From Trichosphaerium sp. ATCC 40318 (Eukaryota; Protista; Tubulinea), in NCBI GenBank assembly GCA_038496445.1, contig JALMLS010000421.1, positions 166,424 to 230,423 of the forward strand: a DNA stretch of 64,000 nucleotides, in the 5' to 3' direction. The notes beneath the pieces were generated by a model. That model saw only the letters and a program-made list of their open reading frames with translations. It was not told where the DNA came from and made no database searches. Position 1 is the stretch's first letter; the number at the start of each line of letters is the position of its first letter. The position numbers were made by a program, and so were the translations under genes. Shown here piece by piece: positions 53,359 to 64,000 of this stretch.

Positions 53359-54780
53359 TCATGTCCAAACAATTCCAGTAATAAGTCCACCAATGATAGT
53401 AGGTGAAAGCTTACAACAAATAAACGCAGGAAATGGATTGCATGCATCTCCACCAATGCTTATACCAACAACAGGGTTATTTGCAATGCTTCCTAAAACT
53501 AAAGTAAGAATGACTTTCCAAAATGTAACAACAAACTTTGAAAGAAGTTGCAGCAAAAAACGCCAGTGCTACCCCAAAAGTGTAATCTTCACAGTTTTTA
53601 AATTGCTGCAAAATGGGCGTAGTAAATACTCAAAGCTTTTTGTGGAACATGATGGTAGAATAAACAGCGCAATAGAACTCATAGAAAATCAGGTTTCTCA
53701 GAAAAAAAAACATCATCCATGTACAACGAACCTAACATTTTGTGAACCTTCTCAATAATCTCTGGTTTTTTTGCGTCTTCTTCCTCTAAAGATTTATCTG
53801 GATCAAGGATTGTATAGTCATCTATTATTGCCTACAGAAATGCGTTAACTTAATGATACCAAAAACACGTGCTTTTTTAGCGTTTTTTTTTATGTACATT
53901 TTTGAGTTGATCTATGACACCTACAGCATCAACAAAACTTGCTGGATCATTAACCACGGATGGATCACACGTTGTTATAAAAGGGTGGAATCTATGATCA
54001 CTCTCAGAAGTGCAATCGACTATACAGTGTTTATGTAGTAAATCAGATGCTTCTTTAACTGTTTTTAGTGCCTTGTAAGCATCTAAGGCACTCTTGAAAT
54101 GCTTGGCAGGGTTATGTAAGTCATCTCCTTCATGTATAAAAAACTTGCAATTAGATACAGTTATAGGTGTAGTGAATATAGGATAACCTCTAAACAAGTA
54201 TTAACTCTAAACAACCAATTCCGAGAAAATAGGAAAAAAAACTATCAATCAATCTAGAACTACTAACATGAGTATACAGTAGGCTGTACAGTTAAAACTA
54301 TCATTATGAAGAATTTAAGAACCAAAATTTGTTCACGTTATTGAGTGAAACGATGTGAAGTAAGAGTTCCGTTAAGTGAATTTCAAAAAAAAAAACCAAC
54401 GTACTCAATATCTCCTTCATAGTCATCAGGTAGGAAATAAGGATAAGTCTCGAACTTCCAAACTTGAGCTAACAGTGTTTCATCATTAGATCCATAGTTG
54501 ATTTCTGTTCGTTTTTGGAATGATGTCATTGGGTTCATGTCAAAATCGTTTGACAGATGTTTTCTCCAAATCAAATCACTTTTTGATATTTTTTCTTGGT
54601 ATTTAGAAACCCTAGACATTGCGCTATGGCTGGATACAGGTAAATATCCCCATATGTTCACTAGAAGCTCAGGTAGACCTAATACTTGTTTTGAAGCTGT
54701 CAAAGTATTTCCAGTACTGTATGAGGTCAGAAGGAGGATTTAAAGTAAATTTCGTACGACCGTTTCCTTTTAGGTGGCAT
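53359..54780 (-). CDS. F-box protein with a NuiA (nuclease A inhibitor)-like domain and an N-terminal NLS
   Basis: Spliced product: MPPKRKRSTG..VLGLPELLVNIWGYLP..MSRVSK..DLIW (F-box) ... LKTVKEASDLL..TSESDHRFHPF ... SIANNPVVGISIGGDACNPFPAFICCKLSPTIIGGLITGIVWT*. Confidence 0.8.
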
Positions 54781-55034
54781 TTTGGGTGGTGAAATTTTTT
54801 TTGAAGTGAACGTGACCACTGTTGACAACTGTGCTTGTGTACCAGTTAGTTTTTTTACAACGGACGTTTACATTCACGACATTGAATGGTATCTTTTATG
54901 TACATATCAGTACTACGGCCAACCGGTTAAGTGAACTGAAAGGCAGGATAAAACGAATAAATAAATAGGACAAGTTGTTTCCACTATCCACAATATTCAA
55001 ATTATCCACACCTTCATCAAGCTGAACAATTTAA

Positions 55035-56046
55035 TTACATTACAATACAACTTTTTTTTATCTGGAGGTATTATCTGCCCTCTATTTGCCAACACCAGTA
55101 TGGCTATTTCATCAAAAGCTACAATCAAACATTAAAATACACTCTTTTGTTGTACTTGCTCATTCAAAAGGGTGCAAATTGTAAACGTGATGATAAGACA
55201 AACATCAATGTGGTTTCTGTAAGCTCAACACTTTGCCTTCATTGACGTTGTCTTTCATCGTGTTCACACTTAAACCTTGTCCTAGAATATATGTTTAGAT
55301 AACACTTACCACGTTTTACAGCTTCTCCTGTGAGAGCACTACATTCCACATACGAATGTGCCTGTTTTATACCTGGTAAGTAAATCTGAAATAAAACTAC
55401 AAAAGACTTACACCTATTTTTATTGCCATCTTTTGAGCTTCTTCTTTGGTAATACAATCATATGGACTTCCATCAGGTTTAAGTGTTGTTCTCAAATCCA
55501 TTTTAAGACCTGCAAGAACAATAGGTACATCATTACAATGATGCGCCAGTTCAGGTTTCCACTAAACTCAAACGTCTAATTCTTCCATAATCCTCGACAC
55601 TACCTGTATCCCATGTACCTTTTAACATGCAAGTCAATTCAAATCAGAGAAAGCAAAAAGGGGAGAACTCAACAAAGTCAAAGACGAACCTAGAGTCACA
55701 CGCTTATCCAAAATAGTTATAGGATTGCTTATCACAAAAGTCAGTGCATCAGCAAAAAAATGCAAGAGTCTGAACTCTATTAGTTTACCTGTGGTTGTCT
55801 ATAACCGTTGGTGCTATATTAATAAGCATTTAAAACGTTTAAACTTGAAAATAGATTGTACTGTAATCTGTTGGGAAAGAATCGTTTATAAAACGTATCA
55901 GTAAGCATGTTTTGCCTTAAACCGAGCGAAATAAGCCTTTAACAATGATAAATTACTCCCCGTTGCAACTTACCAACTGCTCCGTCTCCGAGAACCACTA
56001 CTTTAGCGAAATGAATCGCTGATAAACCATGTGCTTGACGTGCCAT
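55035..56046 (-). pseudogene. Rho/Rac-family small GTPase with an internal deletion and a non-canonical G3
   Basis: KVVVLGDGAVGKTCLL, PTVIDN, WDTGSVEDY.RIRRLS, WKPEL..VPIVLAGLKMDLR, YVECSALTG and CAAX CIVM. The segment between RLS and WKPEL is absent, so the frame reaches TGA. Confidence 0.82.
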
Positions 56047-56641
56047 TTAGCCTAATGAGCTACTAAGACTGTACCTTAAGTCACAGTTTTATCAACTTTA
56101 TTGAGCTCTACGGACACAAGACTGAATCTACCACACAGACATAACAGAATACTAGGGCTGGTAGACAAACGCTTTCAAGCAAAAAAAGCACGCGTCCATG
56201 CTCAGTTTCAAATTGCAAATGCCATGCAACTGGTGGAACCAAAGTGGAGTAGTACAAAAGTAGCACCTCTATCAAGCATATTCTGTAAGTGGAAAAAACA
56301 GTTTTCCTGTTGAAACAAACCAAAAAAGCACTACAGAGAAGGTTGCAAAAAACAGACAATAGCGAAACTACTATTAGTGAGTGTAGTTGCTACTTTTTTG
56401 CGACTCTTTATCACCCTTACACTGTATTTAATATCTCTGTCCGGACTAAGAATGTTGATAACAAAAGCGGTTGTTTACATAAATTGACCCGAAAGTTGTG
56501 ACCAAAAAAAGAAAGAGTGTTTAAAGACCAACAGAAAATAATCTGTATTCGCTAGAAAACCTGTTGAATATGTCTTTAAGTATGTGTGGGTTTATTATGT
56601 ACATTTGTGATTTCTTTTGAAAGCGATTTAGAGTCCCTTTA

Positions 56642-57568
56642 TCAGACTTGTTTAAACAAAACAATCGGTGTAAATGTCTTGAAAGACGACTTGTTGGCTT
56701 CTATGTACCCTCCAAAAGCTCTCAATGGTTTTGTTGATGCAGGTACAAGACGATTATTCTTTAGTACAAAATGGCATTGTGTTCTTGAGAAAAAAAGTTA
56801 GTGGTGAAGTGCGATGTTGGTGAAAGATTTTTGTGGATATAATTTTGTTATTCCGGAATAAAATGGATGGAGTTTTAGAAAGCGTACATTTCCAGATTTG
56901 TACGTTGTTTAAAACGTTTCTTTTTATCATAGGCTTGTAAATGGTGAGGTCTGTGATCGTGTTTATGTGTATACACAACGTTTCTAAAAGCAAGAAGGTT
57001 AGCATACGAAATCAAAAAAAAAACAAAAAAAGTTCACAAAACTGTAAAAATAAAAACTCTGTAGAATCAAATTAGGAGCTAGCGCTCTATTTTTTCTATA
57101 TTATAGTTATTATGGATACTGTTTATAACATTATTAATCCGAAAAGAAACGAATAACGCCGTTAAAAACCAAAACTAGAAAAAAAAGGAAGACTAAAAAA
57201 ACAGTCTTTAAATCGCGTCGGAAATACAAGAATGACATTCTTGTATGCGCTGATATAGCGCTGAATGTGTTTTAAGCGAAAGAAAAAAACAAAAGTTTGC
57301 TGTTCACTTACAAATACTGTGGATCATTTGAATCCAATTGCACTTGTTTCCTCGCTTGACAGCGTGGAAAAGAGCATTTATAATAGAATCTCTTGTATTT
57401 GTGATTCTTTGGTAAACGTCTACCAATGTTTATCCATTCTATACCATCATGCTCAACGCTTAAATGTGAAGGCAAACGAACTGATTTGTTGAAAGAAAAG
57501 TCAGATTGTAAGCTTTTAAGCTGTTGTTTATGATAAGGTCTTGGCGATATTATGAATGTGTGTTGCAT
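56642..57568 (-). CDS. WRKY-domain zinc-finger protein with a divergent signature (WINIGRR)
   Basis: HDGIEWINIGRRLPKNHKYKRFYYKCSFPRCQARKQVQLDSNDPQYL, then an intron, then NVVYTHKHDH. This gives C-X4-C-X23-H-X-H. Gene ends are approximate. Confidence 0.82.
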
Positions 57569-58512
57569 GTGATGTTTGCTTGTTATTATTCTAAAAAAAC
57601 TGACTGCGCATGGTGAGCAAACTTGGTATTTTTCGAAAACAAAAACAAGTTCCAAGTTTAGTAACTCCAGAAGTATGTCCCGAATTTGTGGATATCCAAC
57701 AAATAAGACGTACTAAGTACAAGAAGCTTAATATACTACCATAATATGTATTTTGTGAAATTCTAGTTTTCTAATCAAGTCTGGTACAGACAAGTTCAAG
57801 AATGCATAGTACAATGAGCAATTACAGCGTAATTTACTGACAAAACAGTTTTTGCAGGTGATCTAAATACAGACGTCACAGTTTATGACCTCACTTCTAA
57901 AAATCTTCTGAAACACTATTGAATGTATGTATTTTCTATCTAGCACCGTAAGGTGAACGAAGTGCATAACAATGACCTCACACAGTAGCAAAAAAAAGTC
58001 ACAAAATATGAACTTTCTCTACGCGCGTAGTGACTTGAATGAACTCAAAGAACATGCAGTGTACCATCGTTTTTACTGTGTTAGGTCATTAAAAATGAGT
58101 GATTGAGTCGGAGTGGATGCAACGCCCTAGTAATCACCAAGGATAGATATCTCTTAACGTAGAACGAAGCTGCTGCAACAAAGAGTCCTTTTTATTATTA
58201 TTATTTTCTCTTGTAGTGGGCGGTACACCGTTGCTAGCTATCACACCAAAATCGACATTTGAGCACTCCTGAGCAAGTATCCAAAAGGTCTTGCAGTAAA
58301 TGAGTGACGACAATTTTGTTAAAACAACCACAAAAACTTCAAAAAAAAAAAGAAGTGGGAACTGTGCATACGCCTTTAAGAACCATATAAGTGATAATAA
58401 GAAATAAGTAAAAACTTATGAATGGTTAATGAACACGTGACCATATTACAACTTAAGTAAATAAGCCACAAGTCACGTTATTCTTAACAGTCACAAAAAG
58501 AAGACTCAACAA

Positions 58513-59021
58513 ATGTCATACACTTTATTTCTCATCGCTTTAACTCTCCCACTTATCATCCTAGGAGATACATGCGGCGTAAGTACTATTATACAGACTT
58601 TTTTACCGGTTTTAGGGTAATTGCCCAAGCAACACGTGTACCTCTTGTCCATGCGGTAGATCCTCTTCAAGCGCAAATATTGCCTCGTACGGTTTTGGTT
58701 TTAAATGTCCAAAAAACTTTTCCTCTGACATTTTCCAGAGAGTGTAGGAAGTACTCTGGATGGTCTCAAGCATGCTGTGAATGTATAGCAAAAGCAGAGA
58801 GCGCAGGGAATGCGAATGCGATGAATGAAAACACAAACGGAAGCCTAGATGTTGGATTATGGCAAATAAACTCATTAAACTGGAAAGAATGCAACGGAGG
58901 ATCAGCACCATGCTCTTTAAGCTCAAACCTAAGCTGCGCAAAGAAAGTATTCGGCTGGGGAGGTAATACATGGAGATTCTGGGCAACATGTAGTAAATGT
59001 GGATGTTGTTCAAAGGCATAA
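58513..59021 (+). CDS. Secreted Cys-rich lysozyme (C-type/lytic-transglycosylase-like fold)
   Basis: Signal peptide MSYTLFLIALTLPLIILG, Cys-rich CGGNCPSNTCTSCPCG, CIAKAES (catalytic Glu), NTNGSLDVGLWQIN and NLSCAKKV..W..W. Three exons. Confidence 0.9.
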
Positions 59022-59118
59022 AATAAACTCGAAGTTAGGTTTTTTTTTTTTGGTGTTTCTAAATTTACTGTTTACTTTTATTTAATTTTTTTTTTTCTAA
59101 TACTTAACTTCAACCACT

Positions 59119-62100
59119 TTAACTAAAAGTGAACTCCTGTTGTTCCTCTTCAGAAAGTAGTCCTTCTAACTTATACATTAATGCCTTATTCTCAGCCCCA
59201 AGGTTAGCATTCTTAACCCTAAAACGCAAAGAAAGTCAGAAATCAATCAAGAAAATCAATCAAAAAAAAAAAAGAAAAAACGAACCGTAATGAAGTGAGC
59301 CTTTTAGCAAGCTCTTTTTGTTTATCCATGAGTGTTCGTCGCTTCTTATGTACTCTATTCAATTGCCTTAATAGCTTAGGAGTAGCAGGTACAGCAGAAG
59401 CGGCATTTAAAACAGCAGAAACAGAGTTTGCGCTTTTTATCTGCTTTTTGGCTAAAGTATGAAAATGCTTCATATGTCGTCGAATATCACCATCTCTCGC
59501 TTGAGAACGTTGCATATCCCTCTCTTCTCCATCACCATCACCATAATCTTCAGTAAGACCATGAAGAGCACGAAGATGATGTGTAATTAGTTCACAACGA
59601 GCCAACCAATGATCAACTTTTTTATGAAGTTTTTCAATACCGTTCTGTTTCTGGACAGAAGCTGATATAGAATCAGTCGAAATACTACGTGGAGGCCTTT
59701 GTTGTTTAGTTGAACGATATGAAGGCTCTTCCGAACGTCTAGGATGTCCTCCTTCAGCAGAATAATCATTCCTGTAATTAAAAATTTTGATAAAAGACTC
59801 TGTTGACTGACTTGAAGCCAACTTAGACTTTACATAAGGTGGTGCAGATCTCTTACGGACAAGCATATCCTTTGGTAGAACAGGAGGTGGAGCCTTTAAT
59901 AGAAGTATAAGCATCAACATTAGGAGCATCAAGCAAGACAAAAGTCAAAAAACTCGCAGGTTTTTTTTCACGTGCTTTTCAGTGCAACAGCAAAAAATAA
60001 AGCTCAAACGCACCATTGGAGGAACAGGTTCTTTTGGACTAACAAGAGACCTAGAGCGACTACGCTCTGGTGTTGTCTCTAGTAATATTTCCTTCACTTT
60101 CTTTGCTTTGAAAGAAGTATTTGATCCCTTCTTGTTGTTTTGTTTCATTTGTTCCAAAACTGTTAGACGAGATTTCCACTTTCCTAACAAAGTAGAAAAC
60201 TGTAACTCTTCATTCTCTTGAGGACCCTCTTTTTCAGGGATAGATCCAATTTCATACTCCTTAGGACTAAGTATAGTATCCCTTGGGGTTTCTGAAGCCT
60301 TTATAAACAAAACATTACACAAAAGCCAACAAAACAATAAACACTAGATGGAAGCTTCTCAACAACAAAAAAAAAAGTACCTGACGCAATAATACAACAA
60401 GACGTTGTACTTCCAGTTTAAGCTGTGTATTTTCAGTAGTAACTGTAGTTACACGATTACGTAGTTCTTTGTTGACTATATTATCAGCTTTAGCTGAGTC
60501 CAGGCCTTTGAAAATCAGTAAGTTAGTTGTTCTTGTAACATAACAAAAAACCAATTGTTTCTTTCCCAAATTCTAAAAAATCAACATACCAGCAAAGGAT
60601 TCTCGAGATGCAGATGATACTATTGCATCAGATAACCCTATTGTAGAATCTCCTTCAGAGTCATCATCTTTTGGACCTTCTTGACCTTATAAAAAAAGAG
60701 TAAGTTTTTTGTTATTTTTACTTCATGAAAGCTTTATTTTTCTACCTCCTATCATATCAAGCATCTGATCAGTTGTGAGTGATTTCTTGCTATCAGATGG
60801 TACTGTATCTTTTACTAGTAAAGTAACATAAACATCAACACTCAAAAAAGAAATAGCAAAAAAGACAAGAAAAAAAGGATTGAGGTTGTACGTACAAAAT
60901 GGTGGAATCTTAGGTCGCAACAGGTCTGTGTAATCAGACAATGAATCTGCTGGGACTAAGTCCAATGGTACTTGACCATTATTATCTCTTACGGATGTAT
61001 CTGCTCCCTCGGACGTCTGTAAAGAACATGTTATTATTAAACGGTATCTCAAAAGGTTGAGGAAGAAAAACCACTTACCAGTAGTTTAACTACATCCAAT
61101 CGATTTGCAACTACAGCCATATGTAATACAGTTGACCCTGAAGCATTTTGATAATTTAATTCAGCACCAGAGGTAATCTACAAGAAAAGAAGAAAGTATA
61201 AGAAGGAGAAGAACAAAGACAAATAGAAAAAAGAAATCCTACCAAAAATTTAATAGCATCAAGCGGCATCATTGATGAAATGGCAAACATGAGCGGTACA
61301 AAATTGCTCATACTTGTCTGTTTATCATTAACACTTGCATATAGAGCAAGAAGAGCTCTAAGAATAGAAGATTAGGTCGAAACATAAAGAAAGAAGGAGA
61401 AAAAAAAAGAAAGAAAAGACGCACAACATAAGCTCTGAATAACCTCTTGCTGAAGCTATCAATATTGGTGTCCATCCCATACACGTTGTGTGTATATCGG
61501 CTCTGTTTTTAAGTAACATATTGGCAACATCAATATTATTGTTTAAACAAGCAAACCATAACGCTTTAGCGCCCTAAAAAAAAATCTTGGGTGAGCCAAA
61601 CAAATGCTTAAAATAAAAGGCAAGCTTTCTTGCTCTACGTTCTTACATTTGGATTTCTTGCATTTACATTAGCTCCTCGTTCTAGTAACAATGTAGCTAT
61701 ATCAAGGTGACCTTGCGAGAAGAATATCAGCAAATAATTAAAAGAGGAAAAAAACAAGAAAGAAAAAAAGGAACCAAGAACTTACCTCTATAAGCAGCGA
61801 TGTGAAGTAATTTTATACCATGTACAATATCGCCCTGGTTGATATCATCAACCAGATCTAATAAATCCTCTACAACTTCATAATCACCTCGATATACAGC
61901 GCTAATAGTAACACATTAACAAACACACAAAATACAAAAAAAAAAAAAAAGAACTTACTGAAAAAGCCTCACATCGTTACACTGCTCTATCATTGTATTT
62001 GCAAATGCTAGCATATCTTCTAGATTATAACTACGTTCTTCAAGAACACTAAATCTTAAATTAGAGGTCATAGAGGCCAAAAACAAATCAAGACAAAAAA

Positions 62101-64000
62101 AAACGCAAGAAAAAAAAAAGCTTACACATCAGAATCAAGCGCTGTCACCTCTGGTTTGGCTGCAACCTTATCTTGTATCATCTTAGAGTACTTATTAAGT
62201 ATAGCCTCTCTAGCACTAAGTGCTTCAGCCCTTTGTATAAGCTTCTCTTCTAGTTTTTCAAGAACGTCATACCGTTGCCATTTAAACCAATTAGGCAGTG
62301 TCCTTTTTAGAAGTCTTTTTTTAATTCGTAGTGTTTGCATTGAAACACTATTACGCAATCGATATTGAAGTTGTGACATTTTTAGATCTGGTTGATGACA
62401 TCAACGGGCGATATTTACATGGTATGTTACTTCACATCTGCTTATACGGTAAGTTTTGGTTCCTTTTTTTCTTTTTGTTTTTTTCCGTTTTAACATTCTA
62501 ATATTCTTCAATACCTTCATATATTACATCTAGAACATACCTTGTTAACGTCCATTACTACGTTAACTGATGAACAACGTTTTAGAAGCTGACGCTCTGT
62601 TGTATTCTCAGATGTATCAAAACTTAGAGAACGAGGTCTTCTACTATAATAAAAGCCATATGAGTTACTTTCAAGCGAAAAAAACAGAACTGTATGGGAT
62701 GGACACAATAAAGGCGGAAAAATTACGTACACTCGACCTTCCTGTGTCTGAACAATATTGACTTTCATCTCAGTACCCTCTGGCTCTTCAGCATTAGAAG
62801 CAGTATAAAACGAGTCATGACTAGCGCTACGAAAAGGACCAACTATCTCTACAGGTATGTTCGATAGAACAACAGATCTACGTTTAGATACTGCGTCATC
62901 ATTACTACTAGCACTACATCCACACGTATATTAGAAACAAAGAGGTTACAGCACAAGAAAAAAGCCACTTACGAGCGATCAAACTTGTTCCGTTTTTTCT
63001 TCTTTTTTCTGACAACATCTCTCTGTTTTTTTACATCCTCCCGCTGTTTCTTTGCTTTACGCTTCTAAACAAGGAACTTAAAACCAAAAAAAAAAAAAGA
63101 ATAACGCCATCATGTCTGCATTTGCAGTTGGCTTTTTTTTGGTTCTTTGTGATTTTACGTACCAATCTGTACGAGTTAGGTGGAGGCTCGAAGTCTTTTT
63201 TCCTATCAAGCATAATAACACGAGTAATTCCACCTCCAGCAGACTTTGATTTGAGTAAAGGTGCCATTTCTGGTTTTGATACTTTAACACGCTCGTGTCT
63301 ACTCTTTGCTCTCCTTCTCTTCGATCTTGCTTTAACCTTATCAAACTCTTCGTCTTTTAATGGTACTTTCTTTTTAAAACCTAATCTCGATCGACCCTTG
63401 CGTTTACGAGCGCTTATAGTTTGAGCAGGGACAGTTATATCGTCTGAAATAGAAAGAGACGGAAAATCACTCAAACGGCTAGGAAAATAAGTAATCTAGC
63501 TCATTTAGAGTATTCAGATAGCGAAGAAAGCTTTTAAGACCATTTTTTTGAAATTATTCTTAAACGTTACATACTCTGTTTTCTGTACATCTCTAGGCGA
63601 TTTTCTACCTTCAGAGCCTACTAATTTGAAGTTAAATCGCAAGAAAAGACCAAAAAAATTAAAAAGAATTTGATCTTGTTTTGGAAAAATAGTCATGCAA
63701 GCCTTGTAATTTACCTTTAGATGATCTTGGTGTCGATAACGTAGAGAGATTGTACTAGGTAACAAGTTAAAAAAAAACTGGTACGGAAGGTCTGCCAGTA
63801 CGCTGTATTTTTGAGTAAATACGAGAACGCGTAGACTAAATCAAAGGGATTTTATAGACGTATCTACAGCACAAACAAAAAAAGGCCGAATTTGGTGATT
63901 GTCGAAAAAAATTAACGAAACACCTCAACCAAACATCAAGAAAAACGTACGGCGCTGCCTTCACTCCTTGATTCTTTGTGATCAAAACTATCTTCTGAAG
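59119..64000 (-). CDS. Large ankyrin-repeat and coiled-coil protein; 5' end unresolved
   Basis: Six or more ankyrin repeats at 60940-61905 (LLHIAAYRGHLDIATLLLERGANVN, GWTPILIASARG, GSTVLHMAV), with basic/Ser-rich and coiled-coil regions on both sides. The TAA is at 59119. Confidence 0.75.
62310..62545 (+). repeat. Degraded inverted copy of 61690-61930
   Basis: tagatctggttgatgacatcaacgggcgatatttacatggtat..ttacttcacatc..ggtaagttttggttcc matches the reverse complement of 61770-61880 with many 1-3 nt deletions. Confidence 0.85.

Noticed and set aside
62400-62600. C1/PHD-like Cys-His pattern in the ankyrin protein
   Set aside because: The region overlaps the degraded inverted copy, so the residues are unreliable.
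1-64000. Non-standard genetic code as the explanation for short ORFs
   Set aside because: GT-AG introns explain the breaks. TAA, TAG and TGA all terminate well-supported genes, and the intronless genes read cleanly.

Overview
This window is AT-rich, gene-dense eukaryotic nuclear DNA with short GT-AG introns (donors very often GTACGT) and the standard genetic code. The gene content (WRKY-type factor, amoeba-type lysozyme, G-alpha, many F-box genes) suggests an amoebozoan-like protist, which is an inference. Splicing exons by eye gives about 25 genes. Housekeeping and signalling genes: a USP deubiquitinase, Mpv17/PMP22, an SDR, a PARN deadenylase with a C-terminal membrane anchor, an atypical G-alpha, a C2-RasGAP, a bZIP, a damaged Rho GTPase, a divergent WRKY, a lysozyme and a large ankyrin protein. 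Duplicated genes: three copies of a triple-DEP/beta-propeller gene, and an ankyrin/PARP-type ADP-ribosyltransferase with an inverted pseudocopy. The strongest theme is eight F-box genes, each with a different putative substrate-capture module: LRR (x2), SPRY (x2), MORN, a histone H2B/H3-like segment plus ankyrins (intronless, inside 140-bp inverted repeats), and a domain resembling the bacterial nuclease inhibitor NuiA (x2). Together these may form an SCF-ubiquitin-based defence or decoy arsenal. All domain calls are by-eye motif recognition, exon boundaries are manual, and no rRNA, tRNA or CRISPR features were seen.
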